A stretch of 64,000 nt of DNA, from positions 16,239,479 through 16,303,478 of the forward strand of contig NC_081393.1 of the NCBI RefSeq assembly GCF_030684315.1, given 5' to 3'. Shown in pieces: positions 26,195 to 39,679 of this stretch. Made by a program: the position numbers and the translations under genes. Source of the DNA: Stegostoma tigrinum. Taxonomy: Eukaryota. The notes under the pieces were generated by a model. It ran no database searches and was not told the origin of the DNA. It saw nothing but the letters and a program-made list of their open reading frames with translations. How positions within the stretch are numbered: position 1 is the first letter of the stretch; every line of letters begins with the position of its first letter.

Positions 26195-26515
26195 GGGGGG
26201 CGGCACTGTGGCTTGGTGGTTAGCACTGCAGTCTCACAGCGCCAGGGACCTGAGTTCAAATCCACCCTTGTGCGACTGCTTGTGTGGAGTTTGCACATTC
26301 TCCCCATGTCTACGTGGGTTTCCTCCAGGTGCTCTGGTTTCCTCCCACAGTCCAAAAATGTGCAGGTTAGGTGGATTGGCCATGCTAAATTGCCCGTAGT
26401 ATTCAGGGGTGTGAGGGTTATAGGGGGATGGGTCTGGGTGGGATATATCAAGGGGCAGTGTGGACTTGTTGGGTTGAAGGGCCTGTTTCCACACTGTAGG
26501 GAATCTAATCTAATT
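26195..26515 (+). mobile_element. HE1-like V-SINE
   Basis: tRNA-like A/B boxes, V-domain, (AATCT)n tail; highly similar to 57818-58140. Confidence 0.93.
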
Positions 26516-26569
26516 ACCACATTATATGGGAATCTTTGGAATGGTGTTGAGACTACCTCAGGCTCATTT

Positions 26570-29500
26570 GTTTTCTACTCACTCATTGGATCTGGGCATC
26601 ACTGCTGGCCAGCATTTGTGGTTGTTCAGTAGTTGGTGGTGACATGCCTTCTTGAGCCACTCTAGTCTACGCACTGTAGGTTGACCCATAATGCACTAAG
26701 AGTGGGAATGTTTTTATTCGGCAACATTAGAGGAGATGGCAATATATTTCAAACAAAGGGTGGTGAGTGGCTTGGACGGGAATTTGCAGGAGGTATTGTT
26801 TCCATTTGTCTGCTACCCTTATCCTCCTAGATGGAAGTGATATGGGTTTGGAAGGTGCTCTCTAAACATCTTTGGTAAATTTCTGCAGTACATCTTCCTG
26901 CTACAGAGTGGTGGTGGTGGAGGGAGTTGATGCTCGTGGATGTGGTGCCAGTCAAGTGGGGTGCTTTGTCCTCTGGTGACAAGCTTCTGAGTGTTGTTGG
27001 AACTTCATCCATGCAAATAGGGAGTATTGCATCACACCCCTGACTTGTGCCTAGAAGGTGGTTAACCGGCTTTGGAGAGTCAGGAAATCAGTTACGAACT
27101 GCAATATTCCTACTCTCTCAGTGCTGTTTTAGCCACTGTCTTTATGTGGCCAGTGCAGTCGAACTTCTGATCCATGGTGACCCGCAGGATCTTGATAGTG
27201 GGTGATTCAGTGATGGTAATAATATTGATTGTTGGGTGGTGGTCGGTGTTTAGATCGTGTTTTACTGAAGCTGGTCATTGCCTCGCGTTTGTGTGGTGCA
27301 AATGTTACTTGCCACTTTTCAACCCAAGCCTAGATATTGTCCAGATCTTGTTGCATTTGAACATGGACTATTCAGTATGTGAGGAGTTGTGAATGGTGCT
27401 CAGTATTGTGCAGTCATGTGAACATTTCCATTTTTGACCTGATGATAGAAGAAGGTCATTAATGAAGCATAGAACTCAGAACATAGAACAAGACAGTGCA
27501 GAACAGGCCCTTCGGCCCTCGATATTGTGCCGACCTATGAACTAATCTAAGCCCCTCCCCCGATACTATCCCATCATCATCCATATGCTTATCCAAGGAC
27601 TGTTTAAATGCCCCTAATGTGGCTGAGTTAACTACATTGGCAGGCAGGGCGTTCCACCCCCTTACCACTCTCTGAGTAAAGAACCTGCCTCTGACATTTG
27701 TCTTAAATCTATCACCCCTCATTTTGTAGCTATGCCCCTTTGTACATGCAGAAGTCATCGCCCTCGGAAAAAGACTCTCATTGTCCACCCTATCTAATCC
27801 TCTGATCATCTTGTACGTCTCTATTAAATCCCCACTTAGCCTCCTTCTCTCCAATGAGAACAGACCCAAGCCCCTCAGCCTTTCTTCATAGGGCCTGCAC
27901 TCCAAGCCAGGCAACATCCTGGTAAATCTCCTCTGCACCTTTTCCAGTGCTTCCACATCCTTCCTGTAATGGGGCGACCAGAACTGCACGCAATATTCCA
28001 AGTGAGGCCGCACTAGCGTCTTGTACAGTTGCAGCATGACATCATGGCTCCGGAACTCAATCCTTCCACCAATAAAACCCAAAACACCGTAAGCCTTCTT
28101 AACAGCACTATCAACCTGGGTGGCAACTTTCAGGGATCTATGTACATGGACACCAAGATCCCTCTGCACATCCACACTACCAAGAATCTTTGCATTGACC
28201 CGGTATTCTGCCTTCCTATTATTCCTCCCAAAGTGAATCACCTCACATTTATCCGTATTAAACTCCATTTGCTACCTTTCAGCCCAATTCTGCAGTTTAT
28301 CCAAGTCTCCCTGCAACCTGCAACATTCCTCCACACTGTCCACCACTCCACCGACTTTAGTGTCATCTGCAAACTTACTAACCCATCCACCTATGCCTGC
28401 GTCGAAGTCATTTATAGAAATGACAAACAGCAGTAGTCCCAAAACAGATCCTTGAGGCACACCACTAGTAACCGGACTCCAGGTTGAATATTTTCCATCA
28501 ACCACCTCTCTTTGCCTTCTTACAGAAAGTCAGTTTCTAATCCAAACTGCTAAATCTCCCTCAATCCCATGTCTCTGCATTCTCTCCAATAGCCTACCAT
28601 GTGTAACCTTATCAAAGGCTTTACTGAAGTCCATGTACACCACATCACCTGTCCTACCCTCATCCACACGCTTGGTCACCTTCTCAAAACCTCAATGAGG
28701 TTTGTGAGACATGACCTGCCCTTAACGAATCCATGCTGACTATCTCCAATCAAATTGTTGTTTGCTAAATGATTATAAATCTTATATCTTATAACCCTTT
28801 CCAAAACTTTTCCTACAACAGACGTAAGGCTCACACGTCTATAATTACCTGGGTCATCTCTACTGCCCTTCTTGAACGAGGGCTCAACATTTGCAATCCT
28901 CCAGTCCTCTGGTACTAAACCTGTAGAAATGAGGACTCAAAGACCAAGGCCAAAGGCTCTGCCACCTCCTCCCTAGCTTCCAGAGAATCCTGGGAAAAAT
29001 CCCATCCAGCCCAGGGGATTTATCTACCTTCACACATTCTCGACTTGATAACACCTCCTCCTTTCTAACCTCAATCCTTTTAATTCTAGAAGCTCGTAAC
29101 TCAGTCTTCTCCTCTGCAATATTCGCCTTTTCCTGAGTGAAAACAGATGAGTAATATTCGTTTAGGACCCCTCCGATCTCCACAGGGTCCACACACAACT
29201 TCCCACTTCTGTCTTTGACTGGCCCTATTCCTCCCCTAGTCATCCTCTTATTCCTCACATACCTATAGAAAGCTTTAGGGTTCTCCTTTATTCCACCTGC
29301 TAATGTCTGCTCATGTGTCCTCCTTGCTCTTCTTAACTCTCTCTTTAAATCCTTCCTAGCTAATCTGTAACTCTCCATCGCCTCGTCTGAATCATCTCGT
29401 CTCATCGTCACATAAGCCTCCCTCTTCCGCTTAACAAGAGGTACAATTTCTTTAGTAAACCACGGTTCCCTTACCTTATCACTTCCTCCCTGCCTGACGG

Positions 29501-30605
29501 GCATACCTATCGAGGACATGCAATATCTGTTCGTTAAACCAGCTCCACATTTCGATTGTTGCCATCCCCTGCATTTTGCTACCCATTCTATGCCTCCTAA
29601 GTCTTGCCTAATCACATTATAATTGCCCTTTCCCCATCTATAATTCTTGCCCTGTGGCATGTTCCTATCCCTTTTCATTACTAAAGTAAACATGACCAAA
29701 TTATGGTCACTACCCCCAAAGGGCTCACCTACCACTAAATCAAACACCTGGCCTGGTTCATTACCAAGTACCAGATCCAGTGTGGCCTCCCCCTCTTGTC
29801 GGCAAGCAGCTGAAAGTGGTTGGCCGAGGACACTAACCTGAGGAACTCTTGCAGAGATGTCCTGGACCTGAGTTGGCTGATCCCGAACAACCACAATCAT
29901 CTTCCTATTTACCAGGTATGACTTCAACCAGGGGAGTGTTTGCCCCCCTGATTCCAGTTTTGCTCGGGTTCCTTGATGCCGCACTCTGTTAAATATGGCT
30001 TCGATGTCAAGGGATGTCACTCTTATTTCTCTTCTGAGATTTAGCTCTTTTGTTGATCTTTGAACCAAGGCTGTAATGAGATCAGGAGCTGAGTGGCCAA
30101 ACTGGGTGTCACTGAGCAAGTGGTGTTTAATGGCACTGTTGATGATACCTTCCATCACTTTACTCATGATCAAGAGTAAACCAATGGGGCCGCAATCGCC
30201 AGATTGGATTTGTCCTGCTTTTTTGTGTCCAGGATATAACAGGGCAATTTTCCACTTTGTCACGTAGATGCCAGTGTTGTAACTGTACTGGAACAACTTG
30301 TTAAGTTTTGGAATCTTCAGTACTGTTGGTAGAATGTTGTCAGGGCCTGCAGCGTTTGCAGTATCCAGTAGCTCTAACCGTTTCTGGAAGTACACAGAGT
30401 GCTTCACATTGGCTGGAGACTGATATCTGTAATGCTGGGGACCTTGGAGGAAGCCAAGATGAATCATCCACTCAGCGCTTTTGGCTGAAGATTGCTGCAA
30501 ATGCTTCAGCCTTATCTTTTGTACTGATGTGTTGGGCTTTTCGATTGTTGAGGATTGAGATGTTTGTGGAGTCACCTCCTTTCGTAAGATGTTTAATTGT
30601 CCTCC
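26570..30605 (-). mobile_element. Older LINE (CR1/L2 group) split by a younger CR1 at 27470-29803
   Basis: The N-terminal half of ORF 28884-30629 gives degenerate RT motifs (AAGPDNI, VPQVSVLG). The sequence resumes at 27469 across the insertion. Confidence 0.85.
27470..29803 (-). mobile_element. Young 5'-truncated CR1 LINE (end of endonuclease, RT, tail)
   Basis: LDLVLGNE and GSDHN endonuclease motifs, PQGSVLG/KFADD, TTCTATG tail. AAGCA duplicated at 27465-27469 and 29804-29808. Confidence 0.95.
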
Positions 30606-31569
30606 ACGAGACACGAATGGAGAGAGCATTGTGATAAAGAGGAGGTACTGTGTAAAAAGTACAATTCATTTCCAGCTATTTCGTGGGAAGAGGAGATGTG
30701 CTGGGATGACTAAATGGCTCAAGATACCTTTGTGGGCAGCTTTTTTCAAGCACAGCAGTGAGAGCCATCCATTTACTGCTGAATGCAACAGCTGGACTGA
30801 TGTCATACAACATATTTTATGATGAGTTCTTTCACAGCTACATAGTTCAAGATAATCTGTCCTTTACGTCATATTATGAGAAGAGAGATTTATAAACTGT
30901 TTATTTCTGCTTTGTTATATGTTAGCAGCACTTACAACACCAGCAAATCCCAGATAACAGATATTCGGTCATGCAAGCTCGATATCGTCTATTGTCTTGT
31001 GTTTGGTTGTCATTAACAAAATCCCTGCTTCCAAGCTTTGTCTAACTAGCTATTTTAAAGTGCAAAAAGCAGTTTTAGCAGGATTATTGAGGCCAGAATC
31101 ATAAATATTTCCTCCATGCACTAATAATTTTTAGCATTCTTCTTGGTTTCTGACATTGTTCAGAGAACTTAAAATATTGTTTGGACGTTTTCAAATTTAT
31201 TACGGATGTTAAGTTGGATGATGAGAGACAGCGTGTAACAATACATTTGAAAAGCTGAGAAGAAGACAGGGTGAAAAATAAAGAAGAACACAGAAAAGTA
31301 AGAAAAGAAACAAAAGAAGACTGGGGGTAGCTGGAAGATACATGCAGGAGCATTGATATATGAAGAGAGACTGGATCAGTTTGGAGAATATTCACTGGAG
31401 TTTAGAAGGATGGGGGGACCTCATAGAAGCCTATAAATTCTAACAAGACTAGATGGGATTAATGCAGAAAGGATGTTTCCAATGACTGGGGGAGTCCAGA
31501 ACCAAGCATCACAGTTTAAGGATATTGGATAGGCCCTTTAGGATGGAGATAAAGAGAATTAAATATTTT

Positions 31570-32615
31570 CTTAGAGTCACAGAGATGAACAGCACAGAAA
31601 TTGACTCTTTGGTCCAGCTTGTCCATGCTGACCAGATATCCTACATAAATCTAGTCCCATTTGCGAGCATTTGGCCTGGACCCTTTTAAACCTTTCCTAT
31701 TCGTATAACCATCTAGATGCCTTTTAAATGTTTTAATTGTAACAGACTCCACCACTTTCTCTGGCAGCTCATTCCGTACACGCACCACCCACTGCGTGAA
31801 AACGTTATCCTTGGATTCCTTTTAAATCTTACCCCTCTCATCTTAAACCTATGCCGTCTAGTTTTGGACTTCCGTAGCCTGAGGAAAAAACCTTATTTAT
31901 TCATCCCATCCATGCCCTCGTGATTTTATAAACCTCTATAAGGTCACCCCTCAGCCTCCACACTCCAGGGAAAATAGCTGCTGCCTATTCAGCCTGTCCT
32001 TATGGCTCAAACCCTTCAACCCTGGCAACATCCTTATAAATCTTTTCTGAACCCTTTTCATGTTTCACGACATCCTTCTTATAGCATGGAGACCAGAATG
32101 GCTGACACTGTTCCAAACGCGGCCTGACCAATGTCCTGTGCAGTTACAACATGACCTCCCAACTCCAAGACTCAATGCACTGACCAAAAAAGATAAGCAT
32201 ACCAATGCCTTCTTCACTGCCCCGTCGTCCTGGGACTCCACTTTCAAGAAACTATGAACCTGCCTCCAAGGTCTGTTTGTTCAGTGACAGTTCACAGGAC
32301 TTTACCATTACCCAATACCCATTGGCCCATCCGATTGTCTCATTGTACTGTGAGATAACCTCCTTAACTGTCCACTGCACCTCTGATTTTAGTGTCGTCT
32401 GCAAACTTTCTAACCAGACCTCCAAATTACTAAACATGCAAATCATTTATATAAATGACGAAAAACAATGGACCTGGCATCATCCTTGTGGTACACCACT
32501 GGTCACAGGCCAGTCTGAAAAGCAATCTTCCACCACCACCCACTGTCTTCTACCTTCAAGCCAGTTCTGTGTCCAAACGGCTAGTTCTCCTGAATTCCGG
32601 ATTATCTTACCTTGC
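31570..32615 (-). mobile_element. Degenerate CR1 LINE 3' portion
   Basis: Frameshifted RT/C-terminal motifs (gtgtaccacaaggatg, tttgcagacgacac). Confidence 0.85.
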
Positions 32616-34329
32616 TAACCGGTCTCGCCAGCTTTTCTGTAACTCCAGATTCACGGTAGTCTGGTTGATTCGTAACTGTTCTTAGAAATGGCTGAGCAAG
32701 CCACTTAGTTTAAGGGTATTTAGGTTAGGGAACGAATGCAAGCTGTGCCAGCTGTGACAAAATCCCATGAAGGAATGAATAAGAACAAAGTCAAGTTGGA
32801 ACAGCTCAAAGCCAGGGCAGAAATGAAATGTTCTACACATTCCTAAAATCAATTCTAAGTCAAGTATATGATTTTTTTTTAAATGTAAAAGTAGCAATTA
32901 AAAGAAGATGCTGTTATCTCATTAACCAAATGTGTTGGAACATTTCAAGGCTTTGTACCTTCTAAATGATTGTCTATTGACTTTCCCTCATTCTTTGAAT
33001 AAATGCCTTGGAATATTTTTGATGCATCTAATAAGATGGGTTGATCTGGGTTTAATATCTTGTCTGAAGAATAATATTCCCCTACTGTCGCACAGAAAAA
33101 GCAACTCAGATTGCGTGATTGAGCCTTGGAGTGGGATCTGAAACCACAAACTTGCAACACACATAAGAACACTGCATTCAGTTGAGTTGATACACAAGTA
33201 TGACTAAAAACTATCAATTGACAGTTCCAATAAATATTGGTATACCCATCAATATCTCTGGTAATCTGCAGTAGCTTCAGTAATGTGCCACATTTTAGCC
33301 CTTTCCTGTCTCTTTTGCATACTTTGCCACTTTGACCAGTTTATCAAACTTTATTCTGCTGATCAATGCAAAAAGCAAGTGTTGTTAAGAATAGGGCTTG
33401 GTGCATCTTGCTACGAAAGTGGGCAGATAATCCTTTTATGATCTAACACATCGGTTATAAAAGATGTCTACCCATAAAAGGTAAACCTTTGTATTGTGAG
33501 GTTCCTCATACCATATTATAAATACATATAAGTCCTTTAGATATTATTAATCAACCTTTTCATTCTGTCTTCATCCACTTCAATGAGAGCAAGCGGCCCA
33601 ATGTCTCCCGGAGAACTGGTCAAAATGAAGGAGATCGAGACCTTGCAAGGAGTGTGAGTCCAGCATGGCTACGCACTTAAGAAAGACAGTGGAACTATTA
33701 ACTTGATTTCTTTACAGTCCTTCCTAGTATTAAGTAGAAACATCATGTTTAACTTCTTTTAACTTTGTTTCTTTATTTTTCTACTTTTGTACCTAACATT
33801 TTGACCCTAGGAACCTTTGTACCTAAGTTGGGGTGCTGGGAATGGTGACATTGTACACTTCTGTACTTGAGTACACGTGACAATACAATCTAATTCTAAG
33901 TTTTAGTTCGTTTCAATCCATATTTCCTTATGGCTTTTATTGTTAATCTCCTCTGTTGGAGGTATGTGGTTTACTTTCACTGGGTAGGCAATTTCCTGCC
34001 AATTCAACATGCCTGTCAATTTTACAGTCATAAACCCCATTTTTGTTCAATCATCATAATACACTCAATATTCCAAAGCAAATTTCAATTACATGGTCTT
34101 TTGGAATTAACACATCTGTGAGCAATTGGCTATTTTAATCATATTATCCTGCTTTATCTTGCCACTATTTTGTTCAGAGTTTGCAATTTATCTGTTGAGT
34201 TGTTTGCCAATTGGTGATGTGCAACTTAAAAAGATGTTTTCACTGTTGGCCTAACTAAGATTTTTTTTGGAGCTGAATACATTGTCTAAGTCTCAAGTTT
34301 TACTGTAGACAAAAACAAAAACAGACCCC

Positions 34330-34660
34330 AGATTTAAAAACCAGGTGGGAAAAATCACCAAGATAATAAAATGTGAGGCTGGATGAATACAGCAGGCCAA
34401 GCAGCATCTCAGGAGCACAAAAGCTGATGTTTCGGGCCTAGACCCTTCATCAGAGAGGGAATTCTCCAGCATCTGCAGTTCCCATTATCTCTGGGAAAAA
34501 TCACCAACGCTTCATCAGGGCAACGGACCCTAGAGTTTAAAAGCCAGGCGGGAAAACACGCCGACACTTCTTCAGAGGCTGCACTGAGGATGTTACCAAG
34601 CATGGTAACGAAACGTCTGCGGAACAGCAAACCAGCTCGACGAGCCAACCAACCTCACCA
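34330..34660 (+). mobile_element. Poseidon-type terminal-repeat fragment (partly tandem-duplicated) hosting a family A mini-insertion at 34362-34491
   Basis: Homologous to 3240-3370. Insertion flanked by 16 bp TGGGAAAAATCACCAA (34346-34361, 34492-34507). Confidence 0.85.
34579..34622 (+). ncRNA. Minimal type I hammerhead ribozyme motif, intact core
   Basis: Stem I CUGCA/UGCGG; CUGAGGA; extra U; stem II GUUACCA-agca-UGGUAAC; GAAA; palindromic ACGU stem III; GUC site with predicted cleavage after 34617. Confidence 0.85.
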
Positions 34661-34838
34661 GAAGCACCAAATAAGATCCATTCAATAATAAGAATAAAAA
34701 GTGTCAGTGTGCTTTCTGTGAGGTGCTTATACACCTTACTGTGGAATATCTTTCTAAGAAATAAAGCTTTATCCTATCTTGGCAATCTATCACTTCGTAA
34801 CCATCCATCACTGCTGTCAGAAAATTATAAGTAAATGC

Positions 34839-35229
34839 TGTTTTCATTAGAGAGAAGAAGGTTGGGAGGTGACTTAATTGAAACATATAAAATAATCAGA
34901 GGGTTAGATAGGGTGGATAGGGAGAGCCTTTTTCCTAGGATGGTGACGGCGAGCACGAGGGGGCATAGCTTTAAATTGAGGGGTGAAAGATATAGGACAG
35001 ATGTCAGAGGTAGTTTCTTTACTCAGAGAGTAGTAAGAGAATGGAACGCTTTGCCTGCAACAATAGTAGATTCGCCAACTTTAGGTACATTTAAGTCGTC
35101 ATTGGATAAGCATATGGACGTACATGGAATAGTGTGGGTTAGATGGGCTTGAGATCGGTATGACAGGTCGGCACAACATCGAGGGCTGAAGGGCCTGTAC
35201 TGTGCTGTAATGTTCTATGTTCTATGTTC
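34839..35229 (+). mobile_element. Young CR1 3' fragment
   Basis: Nearly identical to 5728-6118. TAAATGC duplicated at 34832-34838 and 35230-35236. Confidence 0.95.
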
Positions 35230-38200
35230 TAAATGCACAACACTCTAGTTGTTGGTCTTGTTTACAATATATTCATCCCAAGAATACATGAAAAAAAGTG
35301 ATGCTACATGTAGCTGATTGTGAGTGGCTCATTCGTCTCAGCTTTAAAGTTATTCATAGTCTCTTGAGCCTTAAATCCTTTTCAAACTGCTTTGAGAAAT
35401 GTAAAAACACCTTTAAACCATTGAAGCCGAGTCAAAGGTATATTTTGTTAACACCAGAAGCAGCACTTTGATCTCTAATAATATGTGCATCTAATACCTT
35501 AAAAGTTTGAAGTTCACTCATTGTTGAGGAACATTCACAGATTCCACAAAAATGAGAATGGTTGATTGTGTCTGCGAATGAAGAGGTTGAGAGGAGTGAG
35601 GCTATTTTCAGTTCACCTCCTTCAAGTGCCCCCTTAAGAAGGGTAAAGCACAATACTGACTAATCCTAAAGATGTACACTTGGACAAACCATTCTTACAA
35701 ATGAGAACAATGGCATGAAGGTAGTAATAAAGCAAAACTTTTATATGTCAAATATGTTTCTTTTTCCATATGATGGATTTTTATTCCAAGCAAATACTGC
35801 AATTTATAATACAACTAAAAGCCTACATATGTATTTCAGTTTTAAAATAATGTATGTTTCTCGAGCTCTAAAAGAGTCATTTTATATACTAATTCAAGAG
35901 AACAGATCAGCTAAGTGGTGCAAGATATAGACACTTGGCAAATTAGATTCAAAAGATATTAGGCCCAAAGAAATATAAACAGTTATAGATTATCACAAAC
36001 TAAGGTAGCAATTTTCGTGATTAATCCAGAATTGCCCTGCAATCGTCCCATCCCTCTTTTCATTAACATTTGTAGAACGAGTGCCCATGAAATCAAAAAG
36101 TTGCATTTATGTTACTTGTTTTTCTTCTCAAATCTGCAAGAACTAACATATATGTAGCAATTTTATCTGGTGAAGTATTTCAATGCCCTGCATAGGAATC
36201 CTATTAACTAAAAATTAAGCTAAGCTCCATAGGTGTTTGGACAGGTGGCCAAACCCTTGATTGAAGAACAGACTTTAAGAACTGTCTTAAAGAAGAAAAG
36301 TAGGGTTGAGAGGTTTAGGGAGGTAATCCCTGAACTGAGGGCCCAAGAATCTAAAGATATGATGGTCAATAGTGGAGTGATTAAAATCAGAAAATTATGA
36401 GACCAGAATTGGAGGAGTACAAAAATCTAGTACAGTATTGTAGGACAGTAGAGGTAAGATGAACCTTCCACAGAGAAATGACATGTTCCAACCTATATGC
36501 TGGCCACATGTCTTTTATGGTAAACCATGTAACTTAAGAGGACAATGAGTAAATTTCTTCCACATAGTTGAAATTTCTATTGTGTGGAAATTGCGTAATT
36601 CAGATTTTCTTTTGCATCATTTTAAGGATTTCCTAAAGTTTTAACTTCTAGAGAAAGGTTCACACATTGATTGGCTTCCTCCCTTTTCTCGTTAGAAGAG
36701 CTTGTCAAGATCTGTTGTAGCTTTTTTTTTCATATAGTTTCAGAACCTGCAGTTTCTTTTCATTTTATAATTTTTCCCGACTTTATTAATGCACCTTTAA
36801 TTGTAATATATGTTTACGTAGTGGTACAGAGAAAATCATGTATGCACAGACTTTGCAAGTCCCAAAAGTACTGGATTTATTTTGTTCACACAACTGTGAT
36901 GAAGGATGTATGATATGCACCTTACTTGTGATGTGTCACCAGGTTTCTATTTCCTGTAGATTTGTAATGCTTGTATTTCACATTCAGAAGGAACCTTATC
37001 ATTTTTAAATTGCCACTTGGATGAGAAACATGCAATGGTGGAAGATAATCTTAATTTTATCATGTGAATACAGACACCAAGGAACATCTGCTTGAACATA
37101 TTTATTATTCAGATTAAGGTTTTATTTAAAGCAGCCTCAATTGCTGTTTGATGTTTTAATTATCTAACAATCCATAGTGTCACATTCTGAGAATATTATA
37201 CGTGCAGATCAGCTTTGGAATTTTGTTGAGATAATCCTCTCTCCTGAATGTTGCCCTTTCAAGTATATGATGTCCAATCATTTGTTGTTCACATGACTTG
37301 AAAGAATAACTCTCCTTGCAATTGTGGACAAACTAAAGGTTCATGAGCATTCAAGGTGGCTTTGGTTTCTACTGCTCACGGACCTAACTGCAGAATTTAA
37401 TTTGTAAGCATGATTTGAGCTCATCTGGAATTTGTCATCTGTTTGCCAAGCACCTGTAACTGAAAATGTGTTTTCCTCATGCTATTCTCCAGATATTGAA
37501 ATGCTACAATAGAATTATTGGCAGGAAAGGTGCATGCAGAAGATCTGCTGTCTTTTAGCTTCAGGCCTTTCCCATCAGAAATTTCTGAGCTGAGTGAACA
37601 GCTGTCTTCACACCAGGCTGTCTGAGAGAGATTATGTACTCATGCTTGAACTGACGACAGCAACTACTTGCAGTAAGCTACCTCGATGAGTGTCACTGTG
37701 AAGTGACTCTACACAATTACTTCACATGAATCTTTTTGTTGTTTTATCAAAAAATAAATAGTTTTGAACTTTTTGAATAATTTTTCAGCTGATACTGGCA
37801 CATTCTGAGAGTTCAGGCTATTGATGAAAACTTCAATACTGTAGATTCATGGCACTTTGTTCACAGACATTATCTTTTAGAAATGAAAACATTAGCAGCT
37901 GCTGATTGTGAAGGGAGAGTAATTTCAGAAGATGTAAAATAACATTATAGGATTTTAATTCAAGTTACTGAAGCGATAGTGCCGATATTTATAGATAGGC
38001 ACGCACAGCGCACGCTTGTGAAAGAAGCAGTGTCACTTTACAAGTATTGTTATCCTTCAATAATATCCAGTGAAGTATACATCTTGTGCAGCCACTTTTC
38101 CCCTCTTTTTATTCTAATCTAAATACTCAGTTGTTGCTTATTTTTATGCAACAGTACTCCCTATTGCGAGGACCTGGGATAATTCTGGTATCCACCCTTC

Positions 38201-38233
38201 AGTGGTTTCAAATTACATTTCTCCTAATATTCA

Positions 38234-39434
38234 GAGATAATAAGAACTGCAGATGCTGGACAATCTGAGATAACAAAGCATACAGCTGGATGAACAAAGC
38301 TGGCCAAGCAGCATCTTAGGAGCACGAAAGCTGACATTTCGGATCGAAGATGGATAGCGGAGAAGATAGGTGGAGAGGAGATAGACAAGTTAAAGAGGCA
38401 GGAGTGGAGCCAGTAGAAGTGAGTGTAGGTGGGGAAGTAGGGAGGCGATGGGTCAGTCCGGGGAGGATGGACAGGTCAAGAGGGCGGGATTAGGTTAGCA
38501 GGTAGGAAATGGGGGTGCGGCTTGAAGTGGTAGGTGGGGATAGGTGAGAGGACAAACAGGTAAGGGAGACGGGGACAAGCTGGGCTGGTTTTGGGATGCG
38601 TTAGTGGGAGGGGAGGTATTGAAGCTTGTGAAATCCTCATTGATACCATTGGTCTGCAGGGTTCCTAAGCGGAATACGAGTTGCTGTTCCTGCAACCTTA
38701 AGGTGGCATCGTTGTGGCACTGCAGAAGGCCCAGGATGGACATGTCCTCTAAGGAATGGGAGGAGGAGTTGAAATGGTTTGCAACTGAGAGGTGCAATTG
38801 TTTATTGCAAACTGAGCATAGGTGTTCTGCAAAGCAGTCCCCAAGCCTCCGCTTGGTTTCCCCGATGTAGAGGAGGCCACAACGGCTACAGCGGATGCAG
38901 TATACTGCATTGGCAGATGTGCAGGTGAACATCTGCTTGATGTGGAAAGTCTTCCTGGGGATGAGGGTGAGGGAGGAGGTATGGTATCACTGTGGATTTC
39001 ACAAGCTTCAAAATCTCCCCTCCACCGACTGCATCCCAAAACCAGCCCAGCTCATCCCCGCCTTCCTAACCTGTTCTTCCTCACACCTGTCCCCTGCTCC
39101 CACCTCAAGCCCCACTCCCATTTCCTACCTGCAAACCACATCCCGCCCCCTTGAGCTGTCCGCCCTCCCCGGACTGACCCATCCCCTCCCTACCTCCCTA
39201 CCTACACTCACCTCTACTGGCTCCATCCCTGCCTCTTTAACTTGTCTATCTCCTGTCCACCTATCTTCTCCTCTATCCATCTTCAATCTGCCTCCCCCTC
39301 TCTCCCTATTTATTTCAGAACCCTCTCCCCCTCTCCCATTTCTGATAAAGGGTCTAGGCCCGAAACGTCAGCTTTTGTGCTCCTAAGATGCTGCTTGGCC
39401 TGTTGTGTTCATCCAGCTCTACGCTTTGTTATCT
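38234..39434. mobile_element. Neptune-like PLE in inverted head-to-head arrangement
   Basis: Minus-strand GIY-YIG and terminal repeat (38234-38978) joined to a plus-strand copy (38979-39434). Flanks tctcctaatattca / tctcctaaagttca. Hammerhead at 39342 has CUGAUAA (G8 changed to A). Confidence 0.9.
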
Positions 39435-39679
39435 CCTAAAGTTCACATTAATTCATTTCGCAAAATTACATGGTATTTATTCCATGTGTATGAGGACTAA
39501 TTTCTAGCCTCAATAATCAAATCGGACTGGATTAATTTAAGATATCTGGTTGGAAAGGGCGAGTTGGACTGAAGGGTATGTTTCTGTGCTGTATATCTTT
39601 ATGATCTAATTAAAAAGCTTTTTCTTAGAGTTTCATCTAACATAGTCACAGTAATCCATACTAGGGCAGAAAAACCACA

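Noticed and set aside
28884-30629. 581 aa ORF as a novel gene
   Set aside because: It is a chance in-frame fusion across the 29803/29804 junction of an old LINE RT and a younger CR1 endonuclease/linker. The domain order is wrong and it ends in frameshifts.
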